Assembly: GCA_000320545.1 (NCBI GenBank)
Contig: ADNK01001636.1
Coordinates: 1 to 64,000 of the forward strand
Direction of reading: 5' to 3'
DNA from: Bigelowiella natans CCMP2755
Taxonomy: Eukaryota > Protista > Cercozoa
Length of the DNA stretch: 64,000 bases
A model generated the notes under the pieces. It was not told the origin of the DNA. It ran no database searches and was given only the letters and a program-made list of their open reading frames with translations. The position numbers and the translations under genes were made by a program. Below are positions 27,359 to 39,016 of the stretch, one piece after another (within the stretch, counting starts at the first letter, position 1; each line of letters starts with the position of its first letter).

Positions 27359-29583
27359 ATGAATGTGATCAAGTGCTGTTGGGTCTTTCTCTTTTTCCCC
27401 ATTCTCTGCTCAGGTAACGTTCTGGGAACATCTTTGAATAATGATGCACCTACAATGGGAGATACAGAGTTTTGCATTCAAGTTGACGATGGCTACTTCT
27501 GCATGAGCAAGTCCGATGATCCACTCAAAATCACGAAAATGAACCTGACCACCTTTGTGGTAACTGAACAGCAGCTATATTCAAACTCTGTAACGTTTCG
27601 ATACGGCTATTGCCATGAACACAACGGATATGTGTGGTGCCCGACGAGAAAATTAACTACCAGTACGAAAACTGATTTTGATGTTCTCAAGTTCAATCCT
27701 CGAAACATCAGTGATTGGGAAAGAATCCGAATGATGGGTGGGGGCACATTGGCCTTACAACAGGAGAATCAAGCCAAATTGAAAATTGGTTCACATCGTG
27801 CGCGCCAGTCCCAGGCAAAGGGTTGTACTGCGCCCCGTTCCGGGCAGAATATACCATTTTTGTCAACGAAACCGGCTGGACCACAATTTCTAATCACCAA
27901 TACAATGACGGCAATCGTAATTCTGAGGGCTGGAATTCTTGCCACTATTTTGGAAGCAGCCAAAAAGTGGTCTGCTTTCCGTACAAATCTTGGAGGGCCG
28001 AGATAATCGACCCTTCGAATAATCAAGTTACGTATGGGACGCAATCAATGGTTTCTGAGGGATTCAGTTACCCACTGGACAGCGGTTCTATTAAAGGGGG
28101 CTATTGCGCCAAGACGAGTATCACCGGCACTGAGGTTGCCTGGTGTAAATCCGCAGCGGTTGACAAGCTGAATGCCGTTTACAAGCTGTTCGGCAACGGA
28201 ACCTGGGAAGTGGTTCACAGTTTCACAACAGGGATAGAGGATTTTGCTTCTTATGCAACGTTTGTCCTTACGCAAGATGAAGCATCACTTTATTTTTTTA
28301 CTGATCGAGATCCTCAATTTTCGAGCGGGTCGGCGTTGGACATCGTCAAGGTTGACACTGCAGCTGGGACTGTGTCCAATTTCTCCAACCAGGTAAGCTA
28401 TGATGGAGGTGCTCCTGTGGCAGCTTATACAAGATCTTGCATCGAATTTCGTGGCTATATTGTCTGCGCCCCAAAGTCTGGAACAAGCACAGCCTATGGC
28501 GCTTGGGCTGTTGACCTGTCCACAGATACCGTGTCATCTCCTGTTAATGGAGGGCAGTCAGCGTCCTTAAATGGTTGCGGCAGTTTTTGTTACAGAGCGA
28601 AGGCTGCGTCATACAACAATTTCGCCTTTTTCCCACCGAAAGACACTGGTTTTAATTGGGTCATCCAAATGGCAACGAGCAGCCCTACCGCAAGCCCCAT
28701 TACCGAAAGCCCCACTGCGAGCCCCGTTACTGCGAGCCCCATTACTCAAACCCCCACCGCGAGCCCTGTTACTGCGAGCCCCAGTTCTGCGAGCCCCACT
28801 GCGAGCCCCACTGCGAGCCCCGTTACTGCGAGCCCCATTACTGAAAGCCCAACTGTGAGCCCCATTACTGCAAGCCCCACTGTGAGCCCCGTTACTGCGA
28901 GCCCCAGTTCTGCGAGCCCCACTGCGAGCCCCACTGCGAGCCCCGTTACTGCGAGCCCCATTACTGAAAGCCCAACTGTGAGCCCCATTACTGCAAGCCC
29001 CACTGTGAGCCCCGTTACTGCGAGCCCCAGTTCTGCGAGCCCCACTGCGAGCCCCACTGCGAGCCCCACCACAGGTGGTGGTGCTATCGTCGACCTCGAG
29101 ACCACGTTCAGCAATATTCAAATGATCTGGCTGCAATCCACGGGCAAGCTCTCCGAATTCCGACAGCAGTACAGAAACGCCGCGGGTCACGTTGCGGGCT
29201 GCGCGCCCTCGCAAGTGACGATCTCGTCTGTGCGAGCTGGGAGCGTGATTGTCGTGGCAGAGGTTGCACTCGGACAGGGGTCCCTTGCAGAAACTTTCGC
29301 ACAGAAAGCCAGAAATATGCCGGCCTCGGTGTGGCAGTTGTCAAATGGATTCAACACCACGCAATTCACTGCCGCAACCAGTGGCACAGCCGCGGTCCGC
29401 AGCACAAGCGCGAGCTCGGATGGTGACAAGGACCCTGTTGCCCTTCCCGTTATCATCGGTGTGATCTGTGGATTTCTGGCGGTGGCTGTCGTTGCATACT
29501 GCTGCTGCAAGAGAGGCAAGTCCTCCGGCGAGAAAGAGAAAGTGGCGATGCAATCAGTCAATGGAGTGGACATGGCGCTTTAG
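27359..29583 (+). CDS. Intronless type I membrane or cell-surface protein: signal peptide, Cys-spaced beta-repeat domain, SPTASP mucin-like stalk, SEA-like domain, TM helix. One frameshift near 27735.
   Basis: MNVIKCCWVFLFFPILCSG signal (ORF 27308-28006) overlaps ORF 27715-29583, and one extra G in ATGATGGGTGGGGGC would fuse them. Repeated C....G..(Y/W/V)C.P units, a (SPTA/SPVTA/SPITE)n stalk, a RAGSVIVVAEV GSV-type motif, and the TM segment VIIGVICGFLAVAVVAYCCC-KR. Confidence 0.75.
28678..29070 (+). repeat. Coding tandem repeat (Ser-Pro-Thr-Ala stalk)
   Basis: ACTGCGAGCCCC-based 12-15 bp units with a higher-order 123-bp duplication. Confidence 0.95.
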
Positions 29584-30921
29584 CTCATGCACGGCCACCC
29601 GGCTATTCCCAGACAGGCCTCAAAGACATCTTGTCGTGGGCTGCCCACACCCACTTTGGGCAAGCTGTCAAGACACGCGGTGCTACAAGGCACGGCCTGT
29701 TTGGCGTGAGCAAGCACCAGCAAGCCACTGCTTCCATCGACAATGGACACAGAAATGCATGTCGGCAGGACGTTGCCCATGCAATTTTGCCTAAACATGT
29801 GATTCGCACAAGAGAAAAAAAATTTGTTCACAGAGAAGATGCATGTCATTGATGTTGACGATGTGTCATGAAAAAACTCAATCAACACAGAAATGTGTTG
29901 GGCCACCAACTCAAAATTGACACCTTTGCTAGTGTCATGATGGACATAGTAATAGCATGTGCATTATATATATGATATTACGTGTCTACAATGAGCATAC
30001 TTGTAATAGACATAGCATGTGCATCATGTACATGATGTTACGTGTCTGTAATTGTCACCAACACGCGTCAGAGTGCCAAACAATGTGCCCATCATGCGCA
30101 ACCATGACATGATCTTTGGGTTCTGTGCAGCGTTGCTAGTCAGCATTGCACAAATTGCAGCTTGCCGCAAAAAGCGCGGCGTCGCGTGCGTGCCAAAAAA
30201 TGATTGCATTGAGCATGTGCGCACAGTCAGTTGCACACGCGCATCAGCTCGCGCGTGCACAGCTGCGCGCACTTTCCAATCGCGCGCATTTGCATTGCGC
30301 ACGATGCACGTGTGCACACATCGTGCTGCGTGGACGTGCAGTCATGGCGCACGTGCGCACGTGCACTGCACTGCACGCTCACGCGTTCCAATGATGCATG
30401 CACGCACACGTCTGCACGTCGTTGGTTGCGCATTTTGGCAATGCAACGCTCACGTTTTTCAATGCAAAAACGATCGTGCGTTGCGTGCAATGCAGCTGCA
30501 TGCACGCGTGCACGCACGTGCGTGCATGCACGTGTCGCGTTTGCGTGTCTTGTCTGCTGCATGTGCGTGTTGACAAACCACATGCTGGCACGCGATGCAT
30601 GCTTTGACAGAGCTCGCTGCCTTGCTCTGTCTTCCCTTGCATCGCTTGCGTGCATGGCGCAAATCTTTGCCTCCCATGCACGCATGGCAGCATCCTGCGC
30701 TGCAGCGTGCTTCGAGGAGGCACGACCCTTTTTCCGTTTGGGCTGCTTTTGCAAGACCAATGTCCTGCGTGCAGCCCTGGACTTTGCAGCGGGAATTGCA
30801 CGTGGCACGGAGCCAGTGGCCCGGGCCACGTCCCAGCTGCGCTTTGTCCCGGGCTGGTTACGAACACCAGCCCTCACAGGTCTGAAAATGTTCTTGACCT
30901 GTGGGAACGCAATCAGCGTGA

Positions 30922-31854
30922 TCAGCGTGCAGCTTCACGACGTTCTGCACCTACCTGGGTCAATTGGAACACCAGGCCAGCAGAAATGTCGTGAAGATCA
31001 CGGTGATGCCTCCACGAGGTCATCACCGCCCAGGACTTGACCCTGGAGAACACGTTCTCTGCGATCACACGCGTGCCGCCGCACTCCGTGTTGTGCTCAC
31101 GGTCGGCGGCAGACATTTGTTTGTTGCGCGGTTTTCTCCGCGGAGCGACATGCTTGGGGTCTTGCCTACACCTGCAGGCACCATCCCCACCCATGCGCTC
31201 GAACCACTCGACCTGCAGGTCGAGTCGCTCCCCGCCTGATCCGGCTTCCCCACGAACGATGGGGAGGTCACCGGTGGCAGCGGGGTGTGCTTTGCTAACC
31301 CAGCAGAGGTCCCCCGTGGCGACAGACACCGCCGCCACGCACCTCTTAGCAAACTTCCTGTTTTTGAACGTCCAGAAGCGCCGTTGGTCAGCCTTGGATG
31401 CAGGCTCACCAATCGGCGCGTCTGTGGCGTCGACGTGCAGGGTCACGTGGGAGGCGGGACCTTTGGTGTCTGTGTGATCATGTTTTCCATTCTCCATTTT
31501 TGTTTCTTTCATGTGGGCCCCCAATGCAATTGCGGGGACCCAACGTTTGCACTCATGAGTGTTGCGATGCATCCTCCACAGGGCTGCACCTTGACATTGG
31601 GTCGGACATGCCCACACAAAGTGCAGTCCGATGAGGACATCTTTGCGCAACAACCCTGTTTCGCATCTGTGTTCATCCCATGTGTGCTGTGCTTCCTCCA
31701 CGGTTGATCCGAAGGATGAGATCCAGGCTGGGTGCGAGAACTCATGAAAGTAGCTCTCGAATGGCCCCACCCAGGCCTCTCTCTCCTCCTCCTTCCTGTG
31801 AGCAAAGTGAAACTCACAGACGAAGGAGAGGAAGTTGCAATGGTCCCCACGCAC
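30922..31854 (-). pseudogene. Harbinger/ISL2EU-type DDE transposase, hypermutated
   Basis: LHVDATD.PI.EP, FWTFK...F, GDLCWVSKAHPA, GDGAC (usually D.GY), APRRKPRNKQMS...EHN (usually YN), RVIAENVFSRVKSW. Confidence 0.88.
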
Positions 31855-32169
31855 GTTGCAAACTTCGGCACGCTCACGGGGAGCCTGTGCCTGAGTTCAC
31901 ATTTCAATTTCAAAAAAGCTCGATTGCGCCGAAAAGCGCAAAAAAAGCGCGAAGCGCGAAGCGCATTGCGCTTTCGGAAAAGTGCGCTTTTTTCGCACGC
32001 GAGCTTTGGGGTCAATGTGGGCGCTGTGGCGGGCGGGGGTGGGTTTCCCGCTACCTCAGGGCCCAAAGCACCTGTCTTTTGTGGCTTGAGCTTTGAGCTC
32101 CAACAGGGGCCCCAAAGCTCGCCGACAAAGTCAAGTGTGCTTCGTGCTTTCATCGACGGCCCACTGTGC

Positions 32170-32270
32170 TCGAGCTTTTTTTGCGCTTCGAGCTTTTTTT
32201 GCGCTTCGAGCTTTTTTTGCGCTTCGAGCTTTTTTTGCGCTTCGAGCTTTTTTTGCGCTTCGAGCTTTTC
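32170..32270. repeat. 18-bp tandem repeat, 5.5 copies, between the two Harbinger genes
   Basis: TCGAGCTTTTTTTGCGCT repeated perfectly. Confidence 0.95.
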
Positions 32271-32599
32271 CGTGGATCGTCGAGATGAGTCACAAATGTC
32301 AACAGGATGTTGCAATGTTTTCCCGACAGAAGTGTCACACAAACGCTTTGTGTCGTTGCGACAAAGCGCCTGCAACACCAGTCGGGTTGCACAAGTGCAA
32401 CTTGCAATCCTGGTGATTTGACATGAATCCAACCCGAAGCTAGCTTCTCGAAACTCAACTTTCGAGTGCTCCTGGCTTCTGCGGGTGTTTTCCCTTGCGA
32501 CAAGGGCCCGGTCCCTTGTCGCAAGTGACCCCACGCAGGACAATTTTTGCCGTTGCGAGTGCGACAACTGCTCGCGCGCAAAAATTGCACTTGCATCCA

Positions 32600-33449
32600 A
32601 TGGGGTCAAAGTGGACGGACGAGATGGACCGCAAATTGAAAGGAGGGATCCGTGCGATCCCTCCTGACAAGCCAAAGCGGCCCTGGGCTCATCTGGCCAA
32701 AACTCACTTTGGTTCTGGCCGAGGAAAGGCCAACGGGAACCAGGTGAAGCGCCGAGCGCGGACCCTGGGACTTGAACCCGCGAGCAGCCTTTCCTCCTCC
32801 TCAACGCCGTCTCGAAAGAGAGCACGGCAACACGATCCGGAGGTCAGTGATGACCTCTCGGACGCAGTTGCAGACGAGGAGATGGGTCGCTCTGAGAGCG
32901 ACCTGGCGAAGCAAATGCTGCTCCGCGGCCCCACGCCCTTTGAAGTTGAACTCAACTCAGGGACGTGAATGTCAATCAACAAGCTCTGCAGGGCTTCACA
33001 TGAATTCGAGGTGGACAAAGTCCACTCGATGATGAAGGTGCGTTCCCATTTTGCTTTTGCTTTCATGTGGGTGCACCTAGTTCCACAGCGGAACTCAACG
33101 TGAAGCCCTGCGTGGCTTCGTCATGATCGACATCACCTTGCGTGTTCGTTCGCATTGGGTGATGATGAAAATGAAGCCACCAAAGGAAAAAGCTGACGTG
33201 GTGGCTTTGTCAACGAAAGTGGCGGCTCTGACTTCTGAGCAAGTCAGAGCTAAAGAAACGTTGAAAAAACTGAAACTGCCTCCCTCCCAGCACGAGTTCA
33301 ATGTGCGGGTTCCGAATGGAACCACCATTGAACAATGCGAAACAGTCAAGTCCAATCAGCACATTGGCATTTTTTTTTTCGAAGAGTCGGTGTGGGACGG
33401 GGAGAAGAAGGTGCTTTCTGGCAGCAGCAGCGACGAGTCTGAAATTTGA
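32600..33449 (+). pseudogene. Harbinger accessory Myb/SANT-like protein (frame-broken after 32968)
   Basis: MGSKWTDEMDRKLKGGI...PWAHLAKTHF...NQVKRRARTLGL fits the W-spaced Myb/SANT pattern. Harbingers typically encode this second gene. Confidence 0.6.
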
Positions 33450-33828
33450 TGCCAGAGTGTCGCTGCTGCTGCTTGTTGCAAGTTGTCGTTTCAACATGCC
33501 ATCGCATGCACCGCTAAAAAAGCGTCACTTTTTGCATTGTGCGCGCTGCACGGCGACCAAATTGTCATGGCAGCTCAAAGTGCAAACAGATCAAGGCAGC
33601 GGGCTCTGCCAAAGCACTGGTGACGGCTGCGCACGTTGAACACGTGCACGCGCACATGCGCGTGCACGCACGTGCGCAACACGCAAGCATGCGTGCGCTC
33701 GTGCAGCTGCATCGCACGCAATGCACGATCGTTTTTTCATCGAAAAACGTGAGCGTTGCATTGCAAAATTGCGCAACAAACTGTGAAACGACGTGCAGAC
33801 ACGTGCGTGCATGCATCATTTGCACGCA

Positions 33829-35916
33829 TGTGGCGCGCACGGTGACTTGGGCAATTGCGCCAAAGTCACCTGCGACAATGAATGGGGGTTGTCGCAACCC
33901 CAAACGGCATCATGTCGCGCTGACAGAACGCCAGGCCTGTGGGAAGGCCTGGGTGCAAGAGCCATCAGACAGACCTTCATTGGGAAGGCCTGTCAGTCAA
34001 TCAATCAAGTGTGACTGATGACTGTTTGCCAAGTGTTCAACACGTTGACAATTTGATGCAACTGGAATTCAACTTCTCAACTAGAACTGTTCATCTGACC
34101 GCAGCTCATTTGCATTCCAAGCACGCTGCGCGCAACAACATTTGGCTTCCATTTGGCTTCCACTCACGGGAAAATCAGCACCAGAAACATGTCTCATCAC
34201 GAAAACGGACGGGAAATCTCAAGGAGCGACTTGGAAAGCATGCAGGGACAGGAGGCCGCCGAGGATGCCAAGCAACCCGCGGCGGAGAACAAGGATGCGA
34301 CCCTCCCACCCCCTCCGGGATCAGCACCCAGAAAAAAACCTGCGGAACTAGTCACGGACGCAGTTCAGGAACTTCATGAGGCGGAGGACGATGAAACAGT
34401 CGAGCAAGGAAAGAAAGTGGTCATGGCACTTGGAGGATCACGACCACGACCGACGACGTGCACGAAAATGAAGACAGGAACAATGCACAGGTGCCAGAAT
34501 GAAGAGGCATGGACATCGGTTGAGCAGGAAACAATTGAGTTGGATTCACCTGAGGAATGGGCGGAATTGTTCCGCAGCGACGGAAACCGGGGAGCTGTCC
34601 CGGGCACGGCGAAACAGCAACAGGTTCACAGGAACGTGCAGTTCCTGATCAAGAAACCAGAAACGACGCATTGTGAGATGCACAAAAAGACGCAGTTCTC
34701 ACCAATGAAAATGAAATTTGCACCCTCACGGGGGGGATTCACAAAAATTTCACGGCGGGGATCAAAGCAGGCCATGACGTGCAAACAAACCACAAGGGAA
34801 GAGTCAAAGAAGAAAACTCATGAGCGTGTGAATGAAAAAGCAGCACCTGCAAAGGACCGTGCTCATCAACATTGGCATCAGCAGCCAAAACCAGCTGATC
34901 AGCACCTGGGACCAGCGCAGCAGCCACCAGCAAAACATCAACATCCGGGACCAGCACCCGGGACAAAGAAAATGGACACAACGGCAGAAAGCAAAAAGCA
35001 TGTCCACAACAGTCTCAAATCGCCAACAAAAGTCAACGAAAAATGTGCAATGCATGAACAAGATTCATGCAACAACCTCAGCTACTTGCAAGAGTTGAAA
35101 GCGGGCCGGACACTTGAAAACCTCAGAAGACCCAACTCAACACAACCAACAACAACGTTTGGCACAAGGTCAATGTTGCACGTGTTGATTGCAAAATGCA
35201 ACGTCAATTGCCTCAAGAAAGATCCCTTCTGCCTCCCGCAAGACGTTGCAAATTGCCCCAGCATGACAGTGCGGCAGATCAGGGGACGCCTCGAACACAT
35301 TTTTTCATCTGGGGGAGGCAAGACGAACAACAATGGCAATGGCGGAAATGAAAAAATGGAATGGAACTGGGGATGGGGGGACATGAAAAGTTCACCTGCT
35401 TGCACCAGAGCTCGTGACGACGTGTCCTCGGCGACGTCGACACCGAAGGATGGCACAGGCACGGGCCCACTGAACACGAGGGAGTGCAGCAGCTAAGAAG
35501 AAACAACATCAGAGAAGAAAGCATTGCCTGGTGGCTCGTCAAGTTCCGGAGACGCCAGAAAGAGCACCGCCCCCCAAGCGAAGTGAATGCACTGAGGAGA
35601 TGCTTGGTGACTTGGGGGAGGTGTGGCGCGCACGGTGATTTGGGCAATTGCGCCAAAGTCACCTGCGACAATGAATGGGGGTTGTCGCAACCCCAAACGG
35701 CACCACGTCGCGCTGACAGAACGCCAGGCCTGTGGGAAGGCCTGGGTGCAAGAGCTGTCTGGGAAGGCCTGTCAGTCAATCAATCAAGTGTGACTGATGA
35801 CTGTTTGCCAAACGTTCAACACGTTGATGATTTGATGCAACTGGAATTCAACTTCTCAACCAGAACCATTCATCTGACCGCAGCTCATTTGCACTCCAAG
35901 CACGCCACGCGCAACA
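33829..35916 (+). mobile_element. Internally deleted, hypermutated relative of the intact Gypsy element
   Basis: LTRs 33829-34137 and 35622-35916, 4-bp TSD CGCA, PBS TGGCTTCCACTCACGGG, identical PPT GACTTGGGGGAGG. Gag start (KKVVMAL...RPR...PEEWAELFRSDG) and pol end (REESIAWWLVKFR) match the 1657-aa ORF. Confidence 0.93.
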
Positions 35917-38900
35917 CGCACGAGCGTGCAGTGCACGTGCGCCACAACTGCACATCCACGCAGCACGATGTGTGCACACGTGCATCGTGCGCAATGCAAA
36001 TGCGCGCTGTCAGAAAGTGCGCGCAGCTGTGCACGCGCGAGCTGATGCGCGTGTGCAACTGACTGTGCGCACATGCTCAATGCAATCATTTTTTTGCACG
36101 CACGCGACGCCGCGCTTTTTGCGGCAAGCTGCAATTTGTGCAATGCCACATGGCATCACGTGTCACTCTCACTGGTGTTCGTGTGCCTGCATTCCGAGCG
36201 AGACTTGGATGACTTCCCGATGCGCCAACCGGCATTCACCATGTGTGCTGACTTGCATTGGCCTGAGCATGCTTGACATCACCACTGGCACCGCCGAGCG
36301 GTCGGTGGGTGCGAGAAATCCACATCGGAAGTTTGTGTCACTGGCACGCGTGTTGCTTGCACCAGCAGCGCTGCAATTGGACCGGTTTTTGTGTCATGGG
36401 CACGCGTGGAAGGTGCCATTTTCGACACCCCGACGCGTGTCAGTGACACCAGTGAAGGTGTCAATTTTGAGTTGGTGGCCCAACACGTTTCCGTGTTGAT
36501 TGAGTTTTTTCATGACACGTGATCAATGTCAACGTGGTGCACAGCGTGCACAATTTTGCCTGAACGTGTGATTCGCACAAGAGAAAAAATTTCAATTTGC
36601 AGAGAAGGTGCATGTCATTGACGTTGATCGCGTGTCGTGAAAAAACTCAATCAATGCAGAAGTGTGTTGGGCCACCAACTCACAATTGACACCTTTGCCA
36701 GTGTCACCAACACGCGTTGGAGTGCCAAACAATGTGCCCATCGTGCGCAACCATGACACGATGTTTGGGTTCTGTGCAGCGTTGCTGGTGGCATCACACG
36801 TCACTCTCACCAGTGTTCGTGTGCCTGCATTCCGAGCGAGACTTGGATGACTTCCCGATGCGCCAACCGGCATTCACCATGTGTGCTGACTTGCATTGGC
36901 CTGAGCATGCTTGACATCACCACTGGCGCCGCCGAGCGGTCGGTGGGTGCGAGAAATCCACATCGGAAGTTTGTGTCACTGGCACGCGTGTTGCTTGCAC
37001 CAGCAGCGCTGCAATTGGACCGGTTTTTGTGTCATGGGCACGCGTGGAAGGTGCCATTTTCGACACCCCGACGCGTGTCAGTGACACCAGTGAAGGTGTC
37101 AATTTTGAGTTGGTGGCCCAACACGTTTCCGTGTTGATTGAGTTTTTTCATGACACACGATCAATGTCAATGTGGCACGTGCTGTTTCACCCAAACACAC
37201 GATTCGCATGAGAGAGAAAGTTTTCATTCGTGGAGAAGATGCATGTCATTGATGTTGACGATGTGTCATGAAAAAACTCAATCAATGCAGAAGTGTGTTG
37301 GGCCACCAACTCAAAATTGACACCTTTGCTGGTGTTGCCAACACACGTTGGAGTGCCAAGTGACGTGCCCATCGTGCGCAGCCATGACGCAATGTTTGGG
37401 TTCTGTGCAGCGTTGCCAGTGTGAGCAACACGTGCACCAGTGACACAAACTTCCGGTGTGGATTTCTTGCAATCACTGAGCGCTCGACGGTTCCAGTGGC
37501 CATGGAAAGCACGCTTTGGTCCATGCAAGTCAGCGCACACGGGGAATGCTGGAATGCCGGTCAAGCCAGCGCGATGTTGCAAGCGCCGCGCTCGGATCGG
37601 ATGCGACACTCTCACTGGTGACGATGCACGTGTTCAAGGGGATGGCAAAACCCAACTCACACGAGGCTTCTTGCTGTTGGTGTGTTTGTTGTTTCGAGGC
37701 AACTTGGTGAAATCCAGATGGTCTTCCACGAAAATCACTTTCGCTTTCAGCACGCGTGTTCCTTGTGACACTGTCCCTGGACGAATGCAGGCTTTGACGA
37801 CACGACAGTCCGGATGCACGGTTCCAGCGGGTGCAGGTTCAAGGACGGCATCGTCCGTGTCCAAGGTCATCATCCACAGGGTTGCAATGAGCAAAAGCAT
37901 TTTCGATTGGGAGGTGGGGTCCAGCTTCCTCTGTTTCTCTGCGAGGGAAGCCGGGACACTGTCCAACTCCAACTCTTTCGGGAAGCAACCATGCCCATCT
38001 TTTGGGATTGAGAGTGCATGAGACGGGCACGTCATTGCCATCCAATGGAAATGCGTCCTTGAAGCGAATCGCGTGAGCCTTTTGAACGGCTCGGCAAGGT
38101 GGTCGAAGGTCAGAATGGTCATCTGGGTCCATTTTTGTGAGTGCTTCAAAATCATCTTCGGTCCTCTTGAGCAGCAGCGTTTTCACGTGAGCAAACACTT
38201 CCACGGTGTGGTCGTGCAAAGTGGCAGGGACCCCCTTCATTTCGCAACATTGGCCTCCAGTGATGAGTGACGAGATGGCCATCTGAACGCAAAGATGCGA
38301 GAATCAAGAAAACGATGGACGAAAGGGAACGTCCCACCTGCCTTGTGCAGGTCATGCACTTTGTGCGTGTTCGCGAAGGAGCAGGTTTCGCATTGTTTGA
38401 GCTTGATGCAAACGGCATCCATTTTGGCATCTTGTTCTTCTTGATGCTTGACAAAAGCCCTCCCGATCTCTTGCACGTGGCTTTTCAGTCTCCTCATCGT
38501 GCCCATCCCCAAACGTGACACCTTTTCTTCGTCCGGTTTGCCTTCCACTTTGGTCTTTTTGATGGACCCCTCACAAGCGTCGGCAATGTTTCGTTTCATG
38601 GTTCCTGCAGCAGCAAATTGGGCAGTGTCATGGTGATTGCGTGGGGGGCTTGCAACCCCCTCCCCTTTCCCCCTCCCCCCACATCAACCCCTGGCATGCC
38701 TTCACACGGTCTCTTCGGAGTTTGGAGACGCTGGTGTTGAAAATCCGAGTTTCGCAATTTCATGGAATTTGTGCCCCCAAAACATTGTCGCGTGGTGTGA
38801 TTGTGGGGTGTTCCACAAATTGGGGCATTGTCGCAACAACAAATGCCCGGAAACCCGGGATTCGGGTGTCAACAACGAGCACGAATTTGAGAGTCTTGCG

Positions 38901-39016
38901 CAAACTTTCCTGTCAGAGGCAGGCAATCCCCGGTGTTGCCGGGATCCGAGACAACGCCCTCCGATTTGCAGATTGTCACTGGTTGTTGACCAAAAACAGC
39001 CAGGGGCCATGGTGAA

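Larger units (their letters stand above)
30143..36146. mobile_element. PIF/Harbinger-superfamily DNA transposon with long (about 400 bp) TIRs, hypermutated, with a Gypsy derivative nested in the right TIR
   Basis: GCATTGCACAAATTGCAGCTTGCCGCAAAAAGCGCGG at 30143 and its reverse complement ending at 36146. The right TIR is split into about 33640-33828 and 35917-36146. Encodes a DDE_Tnp_4-like transposase and a divergent Myb/SANT-like ORF. Confidence 0.88.
29770..37560. repeat. Array of a roughly 638-bp unit with internal inverted repeats (copies at about 29770-30140, 36150-36787, 36788-37420, inverted part 37420-37560), split by the Harbinger insertion
   Basis: 36150-36520 recurs at 36788-37160. 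GGTGTCAATTTTGAGTTGGTGGCCCAACAC and its reverse complement alternate. The empty site GTTGCTGGTGGCATCAC (36781) matches the flanks of the insertion at 30132 and 36150. Confidence 0.8.
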
